Source of the DNA: Actinomycetota bacterium
Lineage (GTDB): Bacteria > Actinomycetota > CALGFH01
Assembly: GCA_040414855.1 (NCBI GenBank)
Contig: JBEDUQ010000038.1
Span: 38,749 to 102,748 of the forward strand
Direction: 5' to 3'
Length of the DNA stretch: 64,000 bases
Positions 55,297 to 63,782 of this stretch are shown here, piece by piece. Both the position numbers and the translations under genes were made by a program. The notes below the pieces were generated by a model that ran no database searches, was not told where the DNA came from, and saw only the letters and a list, made by a program, of their open reading frames with translations. Numbering within the stretch: position 1 is the first letter of the stretch; every line of letters begins with the position of its first letter.

Positions 55297-55355
55297 CACG
55301 GCCGGCACGTCGGGCCGCCGCGGCGGTCGCGTGCTCCGGCGCCAGGTAGCGCCGG

Positions 55356-56258
55356 CTAACGGACGTCCTGGAGCTTTCCCCTGAGCTGAAGGACGGCCTT
55401 GGTGTGCATCTGGCACACCCTCGATTCGGTGACTCCGAGCACCTGGCCGATCTCGGCCAGGGTCAGGCCTTCGTAGTAGTAGAGGGTGATCACGATCTTC
55501 TCGCGCTCGGCGAGCCGGTTGATTGCGGTCGCGAGGATGGTCTTCATCTCCTCGGACTCGAACGCCGCCACCGGGTCCTCCGCGCCCTTGTCTTCCAGCG
55601 TGTCGACCAGGCTGAGACGGTCGCCGCGCTCCGAGCCGACCGAAAGCAGCTCGTCGAGGGCAACGACCGAGACGAATGAGATCTGGCTGAAGATGTGGTG
55701 CAGCTCGGCTGTGGTGATGCCAAGCTCCTGCGCGACCTCTGCGTCCGTGGGGCTCCGGTGCAGCCGGTTCTCCAGCTCGGCGTAGGCCTTCTCGACCTCG
55801 CGTGCCTTGAACCGCACCGAGCGGGGGATCCAGTCGATCGCCCGCAGCTCGTCAATGATCGCGCCCCTGATGCGCGAGATCGCGTAGGTCTCGAACTTGA
55901 TGCCCCGCTCGAGGTCGTACTTCTCGATCGCATCGATCAGCCCGAAAATCCCGTAGGACACGAGATCGGCCTGCTCAATATTGGGTGGCAGACCGACAGA
56001 TACCCGACCGGCGACATACTTGACCAGCGGAGCGTAGTGAAGGATCAACCGCTCTCTGGCATCGACGGACGCCTTGAGCTTGAACTCCTCCCACAGCCGA
56101 CTCACGGACGACGGCTCGTCCAAAGAAGCCCCCCCTTTGGCCGTCCGGCGCTCGCTGAGCCCGTCTGGCGTTTTGTCCCCCCGCAGCGGCTGAGCGAGAA
56201 CCCCCCGCGCTCGGCGTCCGGCGACCGGTGCGGGCGGCTCAAGCGCGCGGGTGAGCAT
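55356..56258 (-). CDS. whiG: FliA/WhiG-family RNA polymerase sigma factor
   Basis: Region 2 ([16 protein letters not shown]..., [36 protein letters not shown]), region 3, and region 4 ([31 protein letters not shown]). The start is uncertain: ATG 56258 overlaps the xerC 3' end by 20 nt, and the ORF extends to 56324. Confidence 0.85.
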   Translation of the reverse strand: MLTRALEPPAPVAGRRARGVLAQPLRGDKTPDGLSERRTAKGGASLDEPSSVSRLWEEFKLKASVDARERLILHYAPLVKYVAGRVSVGLPPNIEQADLVSYGIFGLIDAIEKYDLERGIKFETYAISRIRGAIIDELRAIDWIPRSVRFKAREVEKAYAELENRLHRSPTDAEVAQELGITTAELHHIFSQISFVSVVALDELLSVGSERGDRLSLVDTLEDKGAEDPVAAFESEEMKTILATAINRLAEREKIVITLYYYEGLTLAEIGQVLGVTESRVCQMHTKAVLQLRGKLQDVR

Positions 56259-57513
56259 CCTCGTAGACCCGGCGTAGCCGCTCGTTCGATACGTGAGTGT
56301 AGGTCTGGGTTGTTGTAAGGGCAACGTGGCCGAGCAGTTCCTGGACCGAGCGCAGGTCGGCGCCGCCCTCCAGAAGATGGGTCGCGAAGCTGTGCCGAAG
56401 GGCGTGCGGACTGGTCCCCCGAGGCACGTCGAGCGCCCTCCGGTAGCGGTCGATCATGCCGCGAACGTCGCGTGTCGACATCGGACGGCGCCGCCGGTTG
56501 AAGAACAGCGAGCGCTCACCGCCGGCACTGGCGGGGTCGGTCGTGCTGCCCGTGGTGCTGCCCGTCATGGTGCCCGTCGTGGTGCTGCCCGTGGTGCTGC
56601 CCGTCGTTTGGCCCGCCCTGCTGCCCGTCGTTTGGCCCGTCCTGCTGCCCGACGCGGCGGGCAGCATCAGGGCGCGACCTTCGGCCAGATACTCCCGAAG
56701 CGCGGCGCGAGCCGGCTCCCCAAAGGGGACCAAACACTCCTTGCCGCCCTTTCCGTGCACACGGGCGACCTGGCCTTGGAGGTCCAGGTCGCCGAGCTCG
56801 AGCCCGCACAGCTCGCCGACGCGCATCCCGGTCGCGTAGAGCAGCTCGAGGATCGCGCGGTCGCGCAGCCCGACCGGGTCCCGAGGCTCCGGCGACGCGA
56901 GCAGCACCTCGACCTGCCGCTGCTTCAGCACGACCGGCAGCCGTTTCGCCCCACGCGGCGCCCCGAGGTCCGCGGCCGGGTTGGCCGGGATCAGGGCCCT
57001 CCGGGCCAGCAGGCGGAAGCACGCCCGCAGCGCCGCCGCCTTCCGGGCGATCGACGTATCCGCCAGCCCACGCGTCCTGAGCTGGGCAAGGAAGCGCCGC
57101 AGCAGCAGCTGCTCGACCGCGGCCGGGTCGGTCACCCTGGCCCGCGCCGCGAACCGGAAGAACTGGAGCACGTCGCGCTCGTATGCGGCCACGGTGTTCC
57201 CGGACAGGCCGCGCTCGTCCCGCAGGTGAGCCACGAACGTCTCGACCCCGTGCCGCACAAGGTCCGACAGCGGCTCGTCGGCGGTGCGGGGCGCCGGGCG
57301 GTCGGTCGAGCCTTCTGGGCTCCCGTGCTTCGGACCCGAGCCGCCGCGCGTTCCGGAGCCCCGGACCCGACCGTCCCCGGCCGCGTCCGAGGCGCTGGCG
57401 CGTCGCTCCTTGGCCGACGCCCCCGTGACGGACCGGGATGCGGACGCACCCTTCGGGCTCGTGGTCCCGCTCGAAGGCGTCGTGGGACGCCGGGCGCCTG
57501 GAGTCGTGTTCAC
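56239..57513 (-). CDS. xerC: Tyrosine recombinase XerC-type, with N-terminal extension and an internal Thr/Gly repeat insertion
   Basis: 424-aa ORF. Core-binding domain ([23 protein letters not shown]) and catalytic residues in order (ATGMRVGEL ... [39 protein letters not shown]). The true start may be downstream of 57513. Confidence 0.88.
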   Translation of the reverse strand: MNTTPGARRPTTPSSGTTSPKGASASRSVTGASAKERRASASDAAGDGRVRGSGTRGGSGPKHGSPEGSTDRPAPRTADEPLSDLVRHGVETFVAHLRDERGLSGNTVAAYERDVLQFFRFAARARVTDPAAVEQLLLRRFLAQLRTRGLADTSIARKAAALRACFRLLARRALIPANPAADLGAPRGAKRLPVVLKQRQVEVLLASPEPRDPVGLRDRAILELLYATGMRVGELCGLELGDLDLQGQVARVHGKGGKECLVPFGEPARAALREYLAEGRALMLPAASGSRTGQTTGSRAGQTTGSTTGSTTTGTMTGSTTGSTTDPASAGGERSLFFNRRRRPMSTRDVRGMIDRYRRALDVPRGTSPHALRHSFATHLLEGGADLRSVQELLGHVALTTTQTYTHVSNERLRRVYEDAHPRA

Positions 57514-57610
57514 AGCGGCATGATCCAGGCTCGGGGACCGGCCCTCAAGCCTCGATCGGCGATCGGCGCGCGTTGGGACTGCCCGATCACGCCGGCGGCC
57601 GGATTGGCAC

Positions 57611-57760
57611 GGTGACCGGGATAGGCCCTGGACCGCCGATCGCGACGGTCGCGGCTGGCTGCGGCGTGGGTCACCGGAACAGGCCCTCGACTGCCGATCA
57701 CGAAGGTCGCGGCGGCGGTCACCGGGACGGGCGATGGACCGCCGGCGGGCCGCGGTTGGC
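57611..57760. repeat. Degenerate tandem copies (58- and 48-bp periods) of the dprA 3' end, lying downstream of its stop
   Basis: Units start at 57611, 57669 and 57717 (the last contains the dprA stop at 57719-57721). 57611 vs 57669 is 38/45 identical. 57717 vs 57611 is 23/28 identical. Weaker related units occur at 57540-57610. Confidence 0.8.
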
Positions 57761-59008
57761 GGGGTCGAGCGGCATGGCGATGGCCTCGGCGCCGGACGCG
57801 GTGCGGCGGGCGAGGCCGGCCAGCTCCAGCTCGAGCAGGGCCGCCACGACCCTTGCTGGCTCCAGGCCGGTCACGCTGGCGAGCGTGGCGACACCCATCA
57901 GCTGGTCGTCGCCGAGCGCGTCGATCACCCGGCGTGCGGCGGCGGATGCGCCGTCCGGCAACGGGCGGCATGGGAGACCGTTGCCGGGCGCACGGCTCAG
58001 CCCGTCCGGCCCGGCGGACGGAGCCCTCGCGCTCGCCGCCGGCTCGACCTGGATCGGCCGGAGGGCTTCGAGGACGTCGTCGAGGCCGCGGACCAGCGTG
58101 GCGCCGTCGCGGATCAGGTCGTTGCAGCCGGCGGCGCCTCGATCCCACGGCGCGCCGGGCACGGCGAGGACCTGACCGGTACCTCGAGAGCCGGCGGCGC
58201 GCGCCGTCGAGAGGCTTCCGGAACCGGACGCGGCCTCGACCACGACGACGGCGCCGGCCAGCGCCGCGATCAGGCGGTTGCGCGGCAGGAAGTGCGCGGC
58301 GAGCGGCCTGGCTCCGGGCGGGTGCTCGGTCAGGAGCGTTCCTCCGGACTCGCGCACCCTGCGGAACAGCTCGAGGTTCCGGCGCGGGTACGGGACGTCC
58401 AGCCCGCAGCCGAGGACCACCACGGTCGCTCCCCCGGCCTCGAGCGCGCCGGCGTGCGCCGCGGCGTCGATGCCGATCGCGCCGCCACTGACCACGCAGA
58501 CCCCCGCGGCGGCCAGACCGCCGGCGAGCGTTCGTGCGGTCGCCCTCCGCAACGCGGACGCCCGGCGGCCGCCGACGATCGCCGCGCACCGTTCGGGTGG
58601 CGGCGGGTCAGGACCGATGACGAAGAGCCACGGGCATGGCGGGTCAGGAGGCGCCACTTGGAGCGGCCAGCCTGGGTCGCCCGGCAGGAGGAAGCGGATG
58701 CCGAGGTCGTCCAGGAGCCGCGCCACCGCGGCGGGATCGGGACTCTCGGGGTTGAGAAGGTCGCCGGGACCCGCACCGGCGGCAAGCAGCGCGCCGGTCG
58801 CGGACGGGAGGCGCCCGTGTGTGGCCGCGAGCCCGAGCAGCGTGTCCCGCGGCGGCATCACCGGCGACCACCACGCGGGCGGCGAGGCCCGTCGAAGGCG
58901 CGAAGGATCGCCGGCGTCGGGCTGACCGGCGCGGTCGGGGGCGGGGGGCGAGGCGCGTCCAGCGGAATCGCCGCCGGCGGGGTCGGGGGTGGGTGGTGGA
59001 GAGGTCAT
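57719..59008 (-). CDS. dprA: DNA-processing protein DprA (SMF family)
   Basis: ORF 57719-59488 trimmed to ATG 59008, which overlaps the comM TGA (ATGA). Rossmann-like core: AIVGGRRASALRRATARTLAGGLAAAGVCVVSGGAIGIDAAAHAGALEAGGATVVVLGCGLDVPYP...FLPRNRLIAAL. Confidence 0.85.
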   Translation of the reverse strand: MTSPPPTPDPAGGDSAGRASPPAPDRAGQPDAGDPSRLRRASPPAWWSPVMPPRDTLLGLAATHGRLPSATGALLAAGAGPGDLLNPESPDPAAVARLLDDLGIRFLLPGDPGWPLQVAPPDPPCPWLFVIGPDPPPPERCAAIVGGRRASALRRATARTLAGGLAAAGVCVVSGGAIGIDAAAHAGALEAGGATVVVLGCGLDVPYPRRNLELFRRVRESGGTLLTEHPPGARPLAAHFLPRNRLIAALAGAVVVVEAASGSGSLSTARAAGSRGTGQVLAVPGAPWDRGAAGCNDLIRDGATLVRGLDDVLEALRPIQVEPAASARAPSAGPDGLSRAPGNGLPCRPLPDGASAAARRVIDALGDDQLMGVATLASVTGLEPARVVAALLELELAGLARRTASGAEAIAMPLDPANRGPPAVHRPSR

Positions 59009-60531
59009 GCGGCGCCGGCTTCGCCGGTGGGGTCGAGGGTGAGGTGGCGGAGACCGAGGGCTTCGCGGACATGGTGCTCGTCCACGCGGGGGTCCCCGGC
59101 GAGGTCGGCGATGGTTCGGGCGACCCGCAAGCACCGGTGGAATCCGCGGGCGGACAGGCCGAGGCGGTCGACGGCGGCGCCGAGGAGACGGCGGGCCGCC
59201 GTGGTGGGGCGGCAGACGAGGTCGAGCTCCCCGACCGTGAGCATGGCGTTGGCGACCCCGGCGCGCGCTGTGGCGACCTCGCGAGCCGCGGCGACGCGGG
59301 GACGGACGGCGGCGGAGGGCTCGCCCTCTACCGAGGATTCCAGGTCGGCGGCGGCGACGCGGTCGACCCTCACGTAGAGGTCGACGCGGTCGAGCAGCGG
59401 CCCGGACAGACGGCGCTCGTAGCGGCGGACCTCCTCGGGACCGCAGCGGCACTGGCGCTCGGGATCGCCGAGGTAACCGCACGGACACGGGTTGGCGGCC
59501 GCGACCAACTGGAACCTGGCAGGGAAGCGCACGCTGGCGGAGGCGCGGACCACGGTGACCTCGCCCTCCTCCAGCGGCTGGCGGAGCGACTCGCAGGCGG
59601 CACGGCTGAACTCGGCCAGCTCGTCCAAGAACAGCACGCCGTGATGGGCGAGGCTGACCTCGCCCGGCCGCGGGATCCGGGACCCGCCGCCGACCAGGCC
59701 GGCGACCGAAACGGTGTGGTGAGGCGCGCGGAACGGGCGCACCGTGACCAGGCCGGCTTCGCGGCCGAGCAGTCCGGCGGCGCTCAGCACCTGGGTCACC
59801 TCGAGCGACTCGTCGCGCCCGAGGTCCGGCAGCAGGCCGATGAGCCTGCGGGCGAGCATGGTCTTGCCGCCGCCGGGCGGGCCGACGAGCAGCAGGTTGT
59901 GGCCACCGGCGGCGGCGATCTCCAACGCGCGGCGGGCGAGCGGCTGCCCGCGAACGTCAGCGAGGTCGTCGACCTGGACCGGTGGCGTCGGGCGAGTCGA
60001 GCCCGGCGGTGGAAGGGTAGCTGTGCCGCGCAGCCATTCGCTCACCTCGGCCAGGCTGGTCGCGCCGGCCACCGCCAGACCGGGGACGAGCGCGGCCTCG
60101 GCCAGGTTTGGAGCTGGCACCAGCAGGGTGGCGGCGCCGAGGCCGCGCGCGGCCAGCGCGGAGGCCAGCACGCCGCGGACGGGGCGGAGGTCACCGCCGA
60201 GGCCGAGCTCGCCGACCGCCCAGAGCCCCTCCAGCGCCTTGGACGGCACCAGTCCGGTGGCGGCGAGGAGGCCGACCGCGATCGGCAGATCGAAGCCGCT
60301 GCCCTGCTTCGGCAGGTCGGCCGGCGGGAGCGAGATGGTGATCCGCCGGTCCGGCCAGTCGAAGCCGGAGTTGCCGAAGGCCGCCCGGATGCGATCACGC
60401 GCCTGGAGGACGGCGGCGTCGCCGAGCCCGACCACCGTGATCGAAGGGAGGCCACGGCCGATGTCGACCTCGACCCCGACGGGATGGGCCACCAGCCCGA
60501 GCAGCGCGGTGGTGGAGAGGCGGGCGAGCAT
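59005..60531 (-). CDS. comM: YifB/ComM-family Mg-chelatase-like AAA+ ATPase
   Basis: 508 aa. Lon-like N-domain (VGVEVDIGRGLPSITVVGLGDAAV...), Walker A (LLLVGPPGGGKTMLA), Walker B (GVLFLDELAEF), C-terminal GLSARGFHRCLRVARTIADL. Confidence 0.92.
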   Translation of the reverse strand: MLARLSTTALLGLVAHPVGVEVDIGRGLPSITVVGLGDAAVLQARDRIRAAFGNSGFDWPDRRITISLPPADLPKQGSGFDLPIAVGLLAATGLVPSKALEGLWAVGELGLGGDLRPVRGVLASALAARGLGAATLLVPAPNLAEAALVPGLAVAGATSLAEVSEWLRGTATLPPPGSTRPTPPVQVDDLADVRGQPLARRALEIAAAGGHNLLLVGPPGGGKTMLARRLIGLLPDLGRDESLEVTQVLSAAGLLGREAGLVTVRPFRAPHHTVSVAGLVGGGSRIPRPGEVSLAHHGVLFLDELAEFSRAACESLRQPLEEGEVTVVRASASVRFPARFQLVAAANPCPCGYLGDPERQCRCGPEEVRRYERRLSGPLLDRVDLYVRVDRVAAADLESSVEGEPSAAVRPRVAAAREVATARAGVANAMLTVGELDLVCRPTTAARRLLGAAVDRLGLSARGFHRCLRVARTIADLAGDPRVDEHHVREALGLRHLTLDPTGEAGAA

Positions 60532-60532
60532 G

Positions 60533-60934
60533 TCAGAACGCCGCCTCGAGATGGTCGACGACCGCCGCTCCGCCGGTCGGCCAGGTGATGGTCACGACGT
60601 CGAACCGGACGCTCACCGGCGGATGCTCGACGGCCTCGAGATAGGCGGCGGCGAGCCTGCGCAGGCGGGCGCGCTTGGTACGGGTGACCGCCTCGCCCGG
60701 CGTGCCGAAGCCGTGGCCGCGCCTGGTCTTGACCTCGCAGAACACCAGCAGACCCGGGCCGGCGGCGACGAGATCGATCTCGCCGTGCCGGCAACGCCAG
60801 TTGCGGGCGACCACCCGGAGGCCGCCGTCGGTCAGCCGCTGGCAGGCGAGGTCCTCGCCGAGGCGGCCGAGCTCGCCACGGCGGTCGCGGGACCGGTCGC
60901 CGCGGGCTGCTGAGTTGCGTGGATCGCTTGACAT
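60533..60934 (-). CDS. yraN: YraN-family (UPF0102) endonuclease-like protein
   Basis: 133 aa: GEDLACQRLTDGGLRVVARNWRCRHGEIDLVAAGPGLLVFCEVKTR (restriction-endonuclease-like D-x(n)-E-x-K core). Confidence 0.85.
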   Translation of the reverse strand: MSSDPRNSAARGDRSRDRRGELGRLGEDLACQRLTDGGLRVVARNWRCRHGEIDLVAAGPGLLVFCEVKTRRGHGFGTPGEAVTRTKRARLRRLAAAYLEAVEHPPVSVRFDVVTITWPTGGAAVVDHLEAAF

Positions 60935-60977
60935 GACCGGAAGCTACCGGTCGGCCGACCCGCGATCGACCCCGTTT

Positions 60978-60995
60978 CCAAATCTGTGGATAACC
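60978..60995 (-). promoter_or_regulatory. 18-nt motif GGTTATCCACAGATTTGG (read on the minus strand), 44 nt upstream of the yraN start
   Basis: Plus strand reads ccaaatctgtggataacc. Sense orientation relative to the downstream minus-strand gene. Confidence 0.5.
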
Positions 60996-61051
60996 AGGGC
61001 GCAATGGGGGCAGGGGAGGGAAAGCCTGGGATCACACCCGCCCGACCTCCC

Positions 61052-62509
61052 TCAGCAGGGGCGGGGGTCGTAGTCGCGGAGGGCGAGGGCGGGCTTCTTG
61101 GGGGCGGCGGGCTTCTTGGTGGTGCCGCCGCCGCTGGTCTTCGGCTTGGCGGTGGTGGCGGGGTTCGACCCACCGACCTGCACCTTGATGAAGTTGCCCC
61201 CGAGCATGAGGGTCAGCTCGCCCGCCGCGACGCTGACGTCCTCCTGGATCTGGGATGGGCCAAGGATGGACGCCTGCAGGGCCTGCGCCAGGGCGGACTC
61301 GCCCGGGTGGTAGAGGATCCGGGTGACCGCCAGATCGCCGATGCTGGCGTTGCCGACGTCGGCCACGTGGAAGCCCGCGGCCACAAGCTGGTCCCGCGCC
61401 TTGGCGCCGAGACCCTGGATCCCGATGGCGTTGCGGACGTGGATCATGGTCGAGACCGTCAGCGCGGAGTCGGGACCGAGGGTGGTCGTGGTGGGATCGG
61501 GCTGGCCGAGGAATTTGGCGACGACCTTCTGGGAGTCGACCTGCTTGAGCACCTCACCGCGGTAGACCTTGCCCTCCCATAACGGCTGGGTCGGGACGGT
61601 GTAGGTCGCGAGATCCGACGGGCTGAACGACCGGAACCGGGTGGCGATGCTCACGATGTCGGAGATCTTCATCCCCTTGTCCTTGGTGAGGTCGCCGACC
61701 ACCGCCCCGATGAACGCGTTGGCCTTGAGCGGGTTGGTGAGCCCCTGGCTGAGGCCCTTGCGCAGGACGCCCTGCATGAACGCCTGCTGGCGGCGGATGC
61801 GTCCGAGGTCGCCGTTGGGGTCCCAGCTCCAGCGGCCGTTCCGCAGGTAGGAGAAGTCGCGGCTGCGGGCAAGCGCGAGCGCCTGCGTGCCGTTGAGCAG
61901 CTGGCAGCCCGGGGTCCGGATGTTGAGCCCGGACATGTTGTGGCCCTTGTTGTCCATGTCGCGGGACTGGAAGGGGAAGTCGACGCGGATGCCGCCGAGC
62001 GCGTCGACGATGCCCTTGAAGCCGTTGAAGTCGATGAGCAGATAGTGGTTGATCGGAATGCCGAAGTTCTGCTCGATGGTCTTGGCGACCCGGCTCGGCC
62101 CGCCGCTGAACGCCGCGTTGACCTTGTCCTGACGGCCGATGTCGGCGATCGGGACCAGCAGGTCCCTGGGGATGGACAGCAGCGACACCTTGCGGCTGGC
62201 CGGCTCGACGTGGACGACCATGGTGACGTCGTTGCGCTGGCCGGCGACGACGCCGTACTTGCCGCCGGTGTTCGCCCGCGAGTCGGAGCCGACCACCAGC
62301 ACGTTGAAGGGCTTGCCGGCGGAGGCGGCATGCAGGCCGGGCACGTCGACGGAGGCGATCTGGCCCAGCCGCCACCGTGCGTAGCCGAGCGTGGAGAAGG
62401 CCATCGTGAACACCAAAGCAAGGCTGATTACGACCAGCCGTCGGCGGTTGCGCCGTGTACGTCGGCGTATGGCCTGGTTGCGTAGGGCGCGGGAGGTGGT
62501 GTCCAGCAT
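61052..62509 (-). CDS. LCP (LytR-CpsA-Psr) family cell-envelope phosphotransferase with LytR_C domain
   Basis: 485 aa. Basic N-terminus plus TM (LVVISLALVFTMAF). LCP core (FNVLVVGSDSR...DVTMVVHV...LSIPRDL...INHYLLIDFNGFKGIVDALGGIRVD). C-terminal LytR_C-like segment (VRNAIGIQGLGAKARDQLVAAGFHV). Confidence 0.88.
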   Translation of the reverse strand: MLDTTSRALRNQAIRRRTRRNRRRLVVISLALVFTMAFSTLGYARWRLGQIASVDVPGLHAASAGKPFNVLVVGSDSRANTGGKYGVVAGQRNDVTMVVHVEPASRKVSLLSIPRDLLVPIADIGRQDKVNAAFSGGPSRVAKTIEQNFGIPINHYLLIDFNGFKGIVDALGGIRVDFPFQSRDMDNKGHNMSGLNIRTPGCQLLNGTQALALARSRDFSYLRNGRWSWDPNGDLGRIRRQQAFMQGVLRKGLSQGLTNPLKANAFIGAVVGDLTKDKGMKISDIVSIATRFRSFSPSDLATYTVPTQPLWEGKVYRGEVLKQVDSQKVVAKFLGQPDPTTTTLGPDSALTVSTMIHVRNAIGIQGLGAKARDQLVAAGFHVADVGNASIGDLAVTRILYHPGESALAQALQASILGPSQIQEDVSVAAGELTLMLGGNFIKVQVGGSNPATTAKPKTSGGGTTKKPAAPKKPALALRDYDPRPC

Positions 62510-62619
62510 GCGCGGAGCAAGCTACCATGCCTGCCGAAGCCGCGTTATGGGAGGTATTGGCGAGTCACCCTCACCACAGGCGGCGACCAGCCCGGCCCAC
62601 CCGCCGCGGAGGGCCGGCC

Positions 62620-62748
62620 CTAGCGGCCGCCGGCGGCGAAGACCCAGCCGACCAGCAGGACGACGATCACGATCGCCGAGACCAGGATCGCGAGGTCGAC
62701 AGTCTTCTTGCCGCGGTAGCGGCGGGTCGCGTTGAAGCCCACTGGCAC
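62620..62748 (-). CDS. Possible 41-42-aa single-TM peptide
   Basis: My own translation (too short for the ORF track): (V)PVGFNATRRYRGKKTVDLAILVSAIVIVVLLVGWVFAAGGR-stop. GAGGG lies just upstream, and GTG 62748 or 62742 could be the start. Support comes only from its basic-then-hydrophobic shape. Confidence 0.3.
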   Translation of the reverse strand: MPVGFNATRRYRGKKTVDLAILVSAIVIVVLLVGWVFAAGGR

Positions 62749-62794
62749 ACCCTCGTTGCGCTGCGAATGCCGCGAATGCTGCCGATGCTGCCGG

Positions 62795-63091
62795 TCAGAG
62801 CTCTTCCTTGCGGATGAGCTCCTCGATGTTGACGTCCTTGAAGGTGACGACCCGGACCTTGTTGACGAACCTGGCCGGCCGGTACATGTCCCAGACCCAG
62901 GCGTCGGTCAAGGAGAGGTCGAAGTAGGTGTCGCTGTCCTGGTTGCGGACCTGGAGGTCGACCTTGTTCGCGAGGTAGAAGCGCCGCTCGGTCTCGACCA
63001 CGTACTGGAACATCCCGAGCACGTCGCGATACTCCTGATAGAGCTGGAGCTCCATCTCGGCTTCGTACCGCTCCAGGTCCTCGGCGCTCAT
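62795..63091 (-). CDS. DUF2469-family protein
   Basis: 98 aa from ATG 63091 (after AGGAGG; overlaps the rnhB TGA): MSAEDLERYEAEMELQLYQEYRDVLGMFQYVVETERRFYLANKVDL... Conserved actinobacterial neighbour of rnhB. Confidence 0.85.
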   Translation of the reverse strand: MSAEDLERYEAEMELQLYQEYRDVLGMFQYVVETERRFYLANKVDLQVRNQDSDTYFDLSLTDAWVWDMYRPARFVNKVRVVTFKDVNIEELIRKEEL

Positions 63092-63747
63092 CGCCCCTCC
63101 TGTCCTACCTCTTCGTTCGCTGGTTCCTGGCGCTCCACCGCCCACGGTACGGCGACCCCCGCGAACGAGAAGCGATGGTAGGCCGAAGGGCCCAGCTTGC
63201 GCAGCGCGGTCCAGTGTTCGTCCGTTCCATACCCTTTGTGCCGCTGGAACCCGTAGCCGGGATAGCGCTTGGCCGCTCCCCGCATGATCCGGTCCCTGGT
63301 GACCTTGGCGATGATCGACGCGGCGGCGACGCAGGCGACCACCTGGTCCCCTTTGCGGATGCCGAGCACCGGACCGGGCAGGGCGCCCACCAGCGGGAAG
63401 CCGTCGGCGAGCCCGTAGTCGAAGCCGTCGGGGAGCAGCCGCAGCGCCCTGGCGTTGAGGGCGAGGTTGGTCCGCTGGAGGCCGCACCGGTCGATGGTGT
63501 CGGGCGATGCCCGGACCACGGTGATGGCGACCGCGACCTCGCGGATCTGGACGGCCAGCTCCTCGCGTCGCTCACGCGTCAGCAGCTTGGAGTCGGCGAG
63601 CCCCTCGATCGGGCACTCGGAGGGCAGGATGACCGCAGCGGAGACCAGCGGGCCGGCGAGCGCGCCTCGGCCCGCCTCATCGACACCGGCGACACGGGCG
63701 AAGCCAACATCGCGGAGTCGGTCCTCGAGAACGGCGGTAGCTAGCAC
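63088..63747 (-). CDS. rnhB: Ribonuclease HII
   Basis: 219 aa: VAGVDEAGRGALAGPLVSAAV (DEAGRG catalytic motif), ...DSKLL..., AAASIIAKVTRD. Confidence 0.92.
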   Translation of the reverse strand: MLATAVLEDRLRDVGFARVAGVDEAGRGALAGPLVSAAVILPSECPIEGLADSKLLTRERREELAVQIREVAVAITVVRASPDTIDRCGLQRTNLALNARALRLLPDGFDYGLADGFPLVGALPGPVLGIRKGDQVVACVAAASIIAKVTRDRIMRGAAKRYPGYGFQRHKGYGTDEHWTALRKLGPSAYHRFSFAGVAVPWAVERQEPANEEVGQEGR

Positions 63748-63782
63748 GTCAGGGAGTGTAGGACGAGGGCGCGACCAGCGCT

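Noticed and set aside
56239-57513. Tyrosine recombinase as a marker of an integrated mobile element
   Set aside because: It sits in the conserved whiG-xerC-dprA-comM-yraN arrangement. There is no adjacent tRNA, att-like repeats, excisionase or phage/plasmid genes. It is interpreted as chromosomal XerC.
30889-59488. Long N-terminal extensions of track ORFs for truB, nrnA, rbfA, DUF503, rseP, frr, pyrH, rpsB, the GNAT at 44039 and dprA
   Set aside because: The extensions read through the upstream gene in another frame and are Arg/Pro-rich. Conserved N-termini, RBSs and NTGA overlaps identify shorter, family-consistent starts.
683-60995. TTATCCACA boxes as a replication origin (oriC) or datA-like cluster
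   Set aside because: The boxes are dispersed over 60 kb as single copies. There is no dnaA/dnaN or AT-rich unwinding element nearby, and each sits in sense orientation upstream of a gene, which fits regulation better than an origin.
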